Shown here in pieces: positions 36,428-45,034 of a stretch of DNA of 64,000 nt. The number at the start of each line of letters is the position of its first letter. Position 1 is the first letter of the stretch. This DNA comes from Diplonema japonicum (Eukaryota > Protista > Euglenozoa: Diplonemea). The DNA lies in assembly GCA_964019335.1 (NCBI GenBank), contig OZ025679.1:310001-374000 (forward strand). Direction: 5' to 3'. Made by a program: the position numbers and the translations under genes. A model generated the notes under the pieces. That model was not told the origin of the DNA and did not search any database. It saw only the letters and a program-made list of their open reading frames with translations.

Positions 36428-37903
36428 ATGAATGACAGAAGTCCCAAGAAGGCTGCAGTGCAGTACCTGTCGGAACACCGAATCCCTGCTGTGATGGAAC
36501 ACCTGGTAGCTGAGCTGGTGCAGACGAGGCCCGGAGAGGATGCCCTGTTCAGGACGATGGAGAGAATCTTGAAAAAGACTTGTACCACACGGTACAAGGA
36601 TTGGAGGACACGTGTGGAGTCGATGAAGGAGGGGGGCTTTGAGGAAGGGCTCTCCTTCACCGTCCCCGAGAAGCCTGGGAGGTCTGGGTCAGAGCTGCTC
36701 CCTGGTGGCATGGAGAGGCCTGTGAAGAAGGAGGACTGCGAGGAGTTCATCCGCCTTGTGGGGGAAGCACAGGCTTGCTGCGTCAACGAGGCACTTCTGG
36801 ACGGGACCTTCACACTCCCTGCGAATGACATCGCGGAAGGCAAGCTGATGTCGCTGGGCTACATCAGGAACTCGCTGAACATCATGATCGTCACCCAGCA
36901 CACACAACAGCAATGGGACAGTTTCGGTCTGGTCTGGGCAGCCCCCAAACAAGGCCGATGGGAGGGCCTCATCACGAACGGTTTGACGAAACGTGTTGCC
37001 TTCACAGACAAGCTGAAGTTCTTGTTGGAATCCAAGTCAGCCATCGATATCGAAGAGGCGCGCATTCTGGAGGAAATCGTCCGCTCTGAGGGGATGGAGC
37101 CTGCTACAGAGATCTCTCCAAACCACAAAAGTTCTCAAAACCAGCTTAATAGAATGATGTCAGGGAATGATTTGAAAACCCTCCGCAACAAGACGGACAT
37201 TACGAAAGAAGAATGGGAGGCCTACAACATCACGTGGTCTGCCCCGCCAGTGGCGATGGTTCAGAAGAAATGCGGGGAGGCGAAGCCTGTGGCCTATCGT
37301 GAGAGGATGTCGTATTTTGCAGCATGCGATGAGTACACGATGCAGGGCGGGAATGTTACAATTGACCTGGTCAGGAGGTTCTCTCCAACCCATTTCGCGA
37401 AGGACCTGTTTTCACCGAACTCTCTTGAGGAAGGGTCAAATGAGGGTGAGGGCAACGAGTCAGGTGTACCATCTTCCATTCCAACGGCTAGACCTTCGCT
37501 GTGGCAAGAGCACTTGGACACATACAGGCAAGAGTTCGAACCTATTATAGAAGCACTTGAAGAGGTTGACTACGACAGTGAAGAGTGGGAGGAGATGGAG
37601 GTTCGTTGGTGTGTCTACATGAATGGGGAGAAGATGGACCTCATTCCGAAGGGAGCTGTGACCCCTGTTAAGCTAACCGACAAGGCCATCTACTGTGACA
37701 TTGCTAGGAAGACGTTGAACCGCACACGCCCCGCTCCAACGCAGATCACCATCCCGCCGAACACCACCGAAGCAACATGGGAGGACCTCAACATAACATG
37801 GTGCGCAATCTCCGATGGCGTCATCACCGATATCATCCCCAACGGCAGGTGTATCCCGGTTCACTTTTCGATGAGAGATTTTTACCTCGAATCCCAATAT
37901 TGA
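36428..37903 (+). CDS. RIIa/DPY-30-like docking domain plus five HECT-small-subdomain-like repeats, copy 1
   Basis: 491-aa intronless ORF; YLSEHRIPAVMEHLVAELVQTRP; repeats such as LSFTV...ELLPGGMERPVKKEDCEEFIRLV. Confidence 0.8.
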   Translation: MNDRSPKKAAVQYLSEHRIPAVMEHLVAELVQTRPGEDALFRTMERILKKTCTTRYKDWRTRVESMKEGGFEEGLSFTVPEKPGRSGSELLPGGMERPVKKEDCEEFIRLVGEAQACCVNEALLDGTFTLPANDIAEGKLMSLGYIRNSLNIMIVTQHTQQQWDSFGLVWAAPKQGRWEGLITNGLTKRVAFTDKLKFLLESKSAIDIEEARILEEIVRSEGMEPATEISPNHKSSQNQLNRMMSGNDLKTLRNKTDITKEEWEAYNITWSAPPVAMVQKKCGEAKPVAYRERMSYFAACDEYTMQGGNVTIDLVRRFSPTHFAKDLFSPNSLEEGSNEGEGNESGVPSSIPTARPSLWQEHLDTYRQEFEPIIEALEEVDYDSEEWEEMEVRWCVYMNGEKMDLIPKGAVTPVKLTDKAIYCDIARKTLNRTRPAPTQITIPPNTTEATWEDLNITWCAISDGVITDIIPNGRCIPVHFSMRDFYLESQY

Positions 37904-38226
37904 GTGGAGGGGGGGGGGGAGTTTTCTTCTTATCTTGTCTTCTTTCAAAAAAAAAGGAGTCCCGGGTGTTTTTTCTTGTTTTTTGATGAAAGGGCAGTAC
38001 CTCCCTTTTTTTTTAAAGAACATTTTTGTTCTCTCTGTTTCCACAGATAGCTTTTTTTTTTTTTTCTCTCTTGTTTCTCGTACTTTTTGTGAGGGGACGC
38101 CTCGTGGATGTCATTATTTTTTCTAAAACTGTTAGTTAGGTTAGCTTCCTTGGTTATTGCCGTTTGAGGAATTGCCGCGCTCACAGTGATATCGAATCTC
38201 TCTCTTTTTCTTTTTTGTTTTTTAGG

Positions 38227-38776
38227 AGGTGGTGGGGATAACATGGAAATATAAGAAGTACATCAGATGTGTTGTTCGCTGTTGACCTCCTCGTCGGTCA
38301 TCACCGGTAGCGCCCGAGTGGAAGAACGTAACGCAGATGCTCAGGGTGACGAACAGGCAGCAAACTGCACGAGCGCAGAATCTTGGTTACCCGGGACGCC
38401 CCGGCTAGGGTTGAGCACACCGCACGCATTAAGGACACGACGCGGAACGCAAAAGAAGCTACAACTCGGCCGGGGAGCGCCCCCTGTAATCAAGTAGGTA
38501 GTTCGTGCTTCATTGCACGCTTAACGCCACCTAGTGTTGCAATCAAAGCCCCATTTTTTTTTTTTTTTTTTTTTTTTTCAAGGTGGTGGGGATAACTTGG
38601 AAATATAAGAAGTACAGATGTGTTGTTCGTTGTTGACCCCCACGTCGGTCATCACCGGGGTGACGAACAGGCAGCAAACTGCACGAGCGCAAAATCTTGG
38701 TTACCCGGGACGCCCCGGCTAGGTTGAGTTGCACACCGCACGCTTAATGCCCCTTAGTGTCACAATCAAAGCCCCA
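38227..38776. repeat. Two direct copies of a non-coding repeat (38227-38553, 38581-38776), possibly retroposon-like
   Basis: Shared aggtggtggggataac...caatcaaagcccca; copy 2 has two internal deletions; T-runs on the flanks. Confidence 0.85.
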
Positions 38777-38790
38777 TTTTTCTTTTTTCG

Positions 38791-38832
38791 GCGGGCCGTT
38801 GCTAACCACTTCGTTCCTATCATAGTGAATTT
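38791..38832. repeat. 42-bp exact repeat, also at 43967-44008
   Basis: gcgggccgttgctaaccacttcgttcctatcatagtgaattt lies downstream of both duplicate genes. Confidence 0.9.
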
Positions 38833-39347
38833 CTTTTTTCCTGACTGTGCACAAACAAAAACAGTTTACCTGTCCGAACATAAGCCTCCTGGGGCTGTGT
38901 CTTACCGTCGTGCGAGAAGGCACACACGTCCGGCTGTGCACAAACAACAATCAACCGACTCCCTTTTTTTTTTTTTTTTTGCGGGGAACAAAAAACTGAT
39001 ATTCTTTATCTTTAAATTAATATATGCAACTAATGCTGAGCAAAAAGAACTTTTACAGCTTTTTGAAAAAGAAAGATCTCATTTGCCCCCGGCAAGACAT
39101 ATAGACATAAAGGAAAAGATTCTCCCTTTTTTTGTAATGTTCAGGGTTTACTGCTTCAATCCTTTTTTTCTTTCCCTTCTTTTTCTTTTGGTTTTGTAAC
39201 ATGTAGTACTTATCTCATGGTTTGTTCGCATGACTCAAATGATAATATGGTAAAAGGTTTGTGCTGATTTTTTTTTCGAACAAGGGGGGGGGGGGGGGGG
39301 AGAATACCAAGCTTATTCATCATACCATTTTTTTAAAGTTGAAATTA

Positions 39348-39749
39348 CTGTAAAGTGTCCGACAGACAAACTCCCAGGCGCCAAAGTGAACCGGGCATTG
39401 TCAGTCCGGGAGTTTTTCTTAAGCGGGACCCCCGTTTTTTTTTTTGCCTGGGTGGGGGTAGGGATAGGCCGGGTAGGTAATATCCCCCCCCCCGTATTTT
39501 TTCTTTTCTTTTCGCCTTTTATTCTAAGTAGAGACAAGGGGGACGTTCCAGAACAGGAATCTCTAAGCTTTTTGCTGCACATGAACAAGCAAGTGAATAG
39601 CCGAGAAAATGAACTCAGAAATACAGTGACGTTGGTGGGTTTCTTTGCAAGTCAGCCCAGAAGCCAGGCCGCCAGGGGGTCAAGAAGAATTCCCGGACGG
39701 ACAAACTCCCGGACGTGAAAAAGACTCCGGACGGTCGTTAACTTTACAG
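39348..39749. mobile_element. MITE with CTGTAAAGT TIRs and TA flanks (Tc1/mariner-like)
   Basis: ta|ctgtaaagt ... actttacag|ta, with subterminal gacaaactccc/ccgga repeats at both ends. Confidence 0.7.
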
Positions 39750-40073
39750 TATTTTCTTGCAAGAACGAGTCTTTGACTTGTCTAAACAAAAGGGGAACGT
39801 TGGCAACGTGTTTCGGGTTGACAAACTTGGTAATTGAAGCGCAAATAAAAAGGGAAACTCTAGTTCTACACCAAAAAGCTAAACTCTTCTTTTTTTTTTC
39901 CCCTCCCTCCCTTTTTTTTTTTTTTTTTTTTAGCAGGGCGCCGCCAACACCGGCCTCCTTTAACTCATATATATTCTTTTTTTTTTTTTAAAGTCATCAC
40001 AAGATTCATAGACTGGGGGCCTTTTCTCTGCCCTGTCTGCATCGAGTTCTTTGATGATGTACTTTAGTTCTTT

Positions 40074-40790
40074 CTAGCTCGTGGACGCACACGTAGCAAA
40101 TACACCCTCCGGTGTGCTCCTGAGCTCATATGCACCTGTAAAATCCGGAAACTCAAGAATTTTCTTTTTGTACGGGCCAAAGACATCAGTAACTACATGC
40201 ATGGCGCACCGTATCGTATTGGTGATGTTACCTATTTGTTCCACAGTTTTAATTGTTGTGGAACGAGGCACCCAAAACCAAAAAACACGAGAGAGCACAC
40301 CAAAGTGGCTGTCCCTGTTGTTTTTGCCGTGTTTCTCCCCCAGAAACCACAGGGAAAACGTCCGATCGGGATATACATAACGAAGACCAAAAAGAACAAA
40401 GTAGCAAAATTCCTTTGCACGAAAGTGACGCCCACCGTCAGTCCAGAGTATCCACTCCATTTTTTTCTTTATTTTTTTCTGTGCCCATGCTACTGTGGAA
40501 CAAGACTTTTCCAACAGTAAGGCCAGCTGCCCTTATTTCATCATGTGTGATGTGGTCAAGCCTCATGCCTCTGACCAATTGGCGCCGTGTGGTGTCTTGT
40601 TGGCTACTATATCAACCAGAAAATGATAGCAGAAGTGCCTCTAGAAGTTCCCCTTTACACACTACGCCACAAACTAGTGCAGCACAGTCGTTGCCACTGA
40701 GCTTCTCAAAAACCTCTGTGGCGAGTGTCCTGATCACCGTGGTGTTCCCATTTACCCTTTCTCGGTCCGAATACCATTTTTTTTACCCCT
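40074..40790 (-). pseudogene. Degenerate DDD/E transposase fragment, Sola2-like
   Basis: WTDGGRHFR ... FLGEKHGKNNRDSHFG in ORF 40074-40514; upstream DHITHD motif lies in another frame with a stop; the only plausible protein relic on the minus strand. Confidence 0.65.
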
Positions 40791-41051
40791 AGCTTCTCAA
40801 CAGCAAGTTTAAAAGCATCCATTTTTGTCACCCCCTCTTTTACTGAATTTGTGCAAAGTGAAAAAACCCATTTTTGCCCCTAGGACTGAATTTTCTGGGT
40901 ACCAGTAACACTCACTTTCCCATTTTCTGGGGTGTTTTCTTTCCTAATCTGGGCCGGGAAAGTTGTAGGATTTTTTTTTTTGGGAAAAAGTACTTAGAGA
41001 AATATTGAAAGTGTCAATTGGCCTCATTTTGGGGGTTTTGAAACGATGCCA

Positions 41052-41099
<48 letters not shown>

Positions 41100-41331
41100 A
41101 TAAATCTGTCTCGGCCAAGACTGCTGCAGTGGGGTGGAGGAAATCAAAATTTGCTTCAGTACAGAAAATGCACCTAACGACACCCCTCACACATTATCTC
41201 TGCCAGGGGGAGGCTGGTGCCCTCTCTCGTGCAAAGAAGTTGTGTGTTCTCCTTCTCTTCCTTTCAAAAAGAAAAAAGGATTGTGCCGACGTAAAGTAAT
41301 AAGGTATAAGTTCTTTGCGATTGAGACTTCT

Positions 41332-41756
41332 GGGGGGGGGAGTCATAAGGGGGTCGTTATTTGCCCTTTTTCAGGCTCTTCGCCAAGGGCATTTTGGGCC
41401 CTTAAGAAAACTGTAACCACCCCAAAAGTGCCCACAAATCACCCAAACCCCCGTTTCCCGATGTTTTCCGGCCCCAGAATCATGTTCTAATTTTGGGACC
41501 CCCGTTTGGTACTTTCCCTATGTAATCCTAGGGACATAAAATAGGGGCCCCTAGGATTACATAGGGAAAGTACCAAACGGGGGCCCCAAAATTAGAACAT
41601 GATTCTGGGGCCGGAAAACATCGGGAAACGGGGGTTTGAGTGATTTGTGGGCACTTTTGGGGTGGTTACAGTTTTTTTAAGGGCCCAAAATGCCCTTGGC
41701 GAAGAGCCTGAAAAAGGGCAAAAAGTGGCCCTTTTTAAGGACCATATGACCCCCCC
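41332..41756. mobile_element. Foldback palindrome, ~174-bp near-perfect arms (41360-41533 / 41549-41722), 15-nt spacer
   Basis: Direct reverse-complement match with about three mismatches; outer G-run-gtcata / tatgac-C-run ends. Confidence 0.9.
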
Positions 41757-41758
41757 TA

Positions 41759-42125
41759 GGGCTACGTTGTCGGCGTACGCGTACGCAGCAAAATCTGAAA
41801 AAGTGCGTACGGCGTACGGCTGTGCGTACGGCTCCTTACAGGTATAGGGCTTACGTTGGAGACGCATGTACGTTTCCGCAATGAAATTGGCAATGTATCC
41901 CATAGTCTGGCTCTGTCCTGTGGTGTTGCGGTTCTCGAAGTACCACGCGTTGTCAACTGTGCAGATAACGGCGTTTAGCACGTTCTGCTGGGTGAATCCT
42001 TGAAGCCGTCAAATGTCATTGTTAGCCCATACGCCCATTTCTGATGCAGATCTTGCATCATCGCGGTGTTGTCCGAAGCGTTTGCTTCAAAAAGTGCGTA
42101 CGGCCGTACGCCGACAACGTAGCCC
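41759..42125. mobile_element. MITE with perfect 21-bp GGGCTACGTT TIRs
   Basis: gggctacgttgtcggcgtacg / cgtacgccgacaacgtagccc, TA on both flanks, internal cgtacg repeats. Confidence 0.88.
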
Positions 42126-42346
42126 TAGGGGGGGGGGGGAAGAAAAGGAAAAAAGAATCCAATATTGCTAAACCAACATTGCATGTTTGTTGTTGTCCCC
42201 CCCCCCTTTTTTTTTCCCCCGTCTTTTTCAACTTCTTCCTCTCGAGTATCTTATTGTTTACCTCATCCCGATTTGGTCCCATAACACCGAACAACCAGGG
42301 GTTTCAGGATCTGAACGGGAGAAAAAAAGGGGGGAAATAATATCGA

Positions 42347-43822
42347 ATGAATGACATAAGCCCCAAGAAGGCTGCAGTGCAGTACCTGTCGGAACACCGA
42401 ATCCCTGCTGTGATGGAACACCTGGTAGCTGAGCTGGTGCAGACGAGGCCCGGAGAGGATGCCCTGTTCAGGACGATGGAGAGAATCTTGAAAAAGACTT
42501 GTACCACACGGTACAAGGATTGGAGGACACGTGTGGAGTCGATGAAGGAGGGGGGCTTTGAGGAAGGGCTCTCCTTCACCGTCCCCGAGAAGCCTGGGAG
42601 GTCTGGGTCAGAGCTGCTCCCTGGTGGCATGGAGAGGCCTGTGAAGAAGGAGGACTGCGAGGAGTTCATCCGCCTTGTGGGGGAAGCACAGGCTTGCTGC
42701 GTCAACGAGGCACTTCTGGACGGGACCTTCACACTCCCTGCGAATGACATCGCGGAAGGCAAGCTGATGTCGCTGGGCTACATCAGGAACTCGCTGAACA
42801 TCATGATCGTCACCCAGCACACACAACAGCAATGGGACAGTTTCGGTCTGGTCTGGGCAGCCCCCAAACAAGGCCGATGGGAGGGCCTCATCACGAACGG
42901 TTTGACGAAACGTGTTGCCTTCACAGACAAGCTGAAGTTCTTGTTGGAATCCAAGTCAGCCATCGATATCGAAGAGGCGCGCATTCTGGAGGAAATCGTC
43001 CGCTCTGAGGGGATGGAGCCTGCTACAGAGATCTCTCCAAACCACAAAAGTTCTCAAAACCAGCTTAATAGAATGATGTCAGGGAATGATTTGAAAACCC
43101 TCCGCAACAAGACGGACATTACGAAAGAAGAATGGGAGGCCTACAACATCACGTGGTCTGCCCCGCCAGTGGCGATGGTTCAGAAGAAATGCGGGGAGGC
43201 GAAGCCTGTGGCCTATCGTGAGAGGATGTCGTATTTTGCAGCATGCGATGAGTACACGATGCAGGGCGGGAATGTTACAATTGACCTGGTCAGGAGGTTC
43301 TCTCCAACCCATTTCGCGAAGGACCTGTTTTCACCGAACTCTCTTGAGGAAGGGTCAAATGAGGGTGAGGGCAACGAGTCAGGTGTACCATCTTCCATTC
43401 CAACGGCTAGACCTTCGCTGTGGCAAGAGCACTTGGACACATACAGGCAAGAGTTCGAACCTATTATAGAAGCACTTGAAGAGGTTGACTACGACAGTGA
43501 AGAGTGGGAGGAGATGGAGGTTCGTTGGTGTGTCTACATGAATGGGGAGAAGATGGACCTCATTCCGAAGGGAGCTGTGACCCCTGTTAAGCTAACCGAC
43601 AAGGCCATCTACTGTGACATTGCTAGGAAGACGTTGAACCGCACACGCCCCGCTCCAACGCAGATCACCATCCCGCCGAACACCACCGAAGCAACATGGG
43701 AGGACCTCAACATAACATGGTGCGCAATCTCCGATGGCGTCATCACCGATATCATCCCCAACGGCAGGTGTATCCCGGTTCACTTTTCGATGAGAGATTT
43801 TTACCTCGAATCCCAATATTGA
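42347..43822 (+). CDS. RIIa/DPY-30-like docking domain plus five HECT-small-subdomain-like repeats, copy 2
   Basis: Protein identical to 36428-37903 except R4I. Confidence 0.8.
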   Translation: MNDISPKKAAVQYLSEHRIPAVMEHLVAELVQTRPGEDALFRTMERILKKTCTTRYKDWRTRVESMKEGGFEEGLSFTVPEKPGRSGSELLPGGMERPVKKEDCEEFIRLVGEAQACCVNEALLDGTFTLPANDIAEGKLMSLGYIRNSLNIMIVTQHTQQQWDSFGLVWAAPKQGRWEGLITNGLTKRVAFTDKLKFLLESKSAIDIEEARILEEIVRSEGMEPATEISPNHKSSQNQLNRMMSGNDLKTLRNKTDITKEEWEAYNITWSAPPVAMVQKKCGEAKPVAYRERMSYFAACDEYTMQGGNVTIDLVRRFSPTHFAKDLFSPNSLEEGSNEGEGNESGVPSSIPTARPSLWQEHLDTYRQEFEPIIEALEEVDYDSEEWEEMEVRWCVYMNGEKMDLIPKGAVTPVKLTDKAIYCDIARKTLNRTRPAPTQITIPPNTTEATWEDLNITWCAISDGVITDIIPNGRCIPVHFSMRDFYLESQY

Positions 43823-45034
43823 GTGGAGGGGGGGGTTTTTCTTTTTGCTTTTCTTCCGATTCGTCAGCTTTAACTTTCGTTTTTGCCAAAACTAATTGTA
43901 CTCTCTTTATTTATTTTTTTTTTTTCCCGAAAAATTGCACAAACTGCTTTTTTTTTTTTTTTTTTTGCGGGCCGTTGCTAACCACTTCGTTCCTATCATA
44001 GTGAATTTTTTTTGGAAAGCGCGGCCGGTGAGCTCAAAAACGCATACCTTAAAAGAATAGTTTTTTGGGGACCAATGTTTCCAACCTCCCTGTGGTGGTT
44101 CCTGGTAATTGTGGTTTGGAGAAACACAAGCGAAAGGGAAACTCTCGTTCTAAAGCCGTACACGTGGGGAAACCTGGACGGGGGTGGAGAGCCCACCCTA
44201 CGCGTGGCGCCAGTTAGCATCGCCCTCAACGGAGAGTCCCTTATCCCATTACATCGGACAAGGAGGTGGCTTCAACAGGTCAGGCAAGTAGCCTCCCCGC
44301 GGCATCGTGCCAGTGAAGCAAGCCTCCCACAACTCTCCAGTTGGTGTTTAATTGCTTCTGTGGCCCCTCTCCCTATTTCAATTTCCAAGCTTTCTTTATC
44401 TCTCCACTTTTACTTTCTACGGGACCACAGGGGACGTGGGAGGCTTCGGGGCGAAGTTTCACAAGGGTGGCCGCTGTGTCACATACTGCATGGCACCACT
44501 AAAATCGAGACAACTTATTTTTCTTTGCTTTTTTTCCAAATAACAAGTTGGTTAAAAATGATAATAAACTTGCGTTAATTGTGCCGAGTAACAATTTACC
44601 TCTGCAGGGTTTTTGCCTTTTGCTGCCCCCCCCCCCCCCCCCCCCCTTACTCGAGCGATACTAAAACGGCGGGTTTTCCCTATTATTATTTTTATATACT
44701 TCGCAAGCAACAATGACGCTCTCCTCTCTGTTTCCTTACTTCCTTTATCAAACTCCGTCATTTCCCTTTTTTTGCTATTCTCTACTGTCATATACAAAAC
44801 AAAAAAAAAGAAGAAAAATCCTCCCAAAAAAAAAAAGAAGAAGATTCCACCCGAAAAGGATTCTTCCGTGTTCCTGCAGGAAGAATACCCGCAAACCCGG
44901 GTTTTGCGGATCTTTCTTTTGTCACTTACACAAACCACCCTCCCCCCAATGACAAGTGGCGGAAATAATTTTTTTTTTTTTTAAATCGTTTTACAGCTAT
45001 TTCCTCCAGGATCTCAAGTCCCCCCTGCAAGAAC

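Noticed and set aside
41134-41981. Two opposite ORFs sharing an identical C-terminal peptide
   Set aside because: A consequence of the DNA palindrome
44150-44245. Resemblance to group II intron domain V (agccgtac) or RNase MRP CR-I (gagagtccc)
   Set aside because: Partner motifs are not convincingly present; kept only as an unassigned structured island
44477-44490. 14-mer tgtcacatactgca repeated at about 47884
   Set aside because: Too short to be significant
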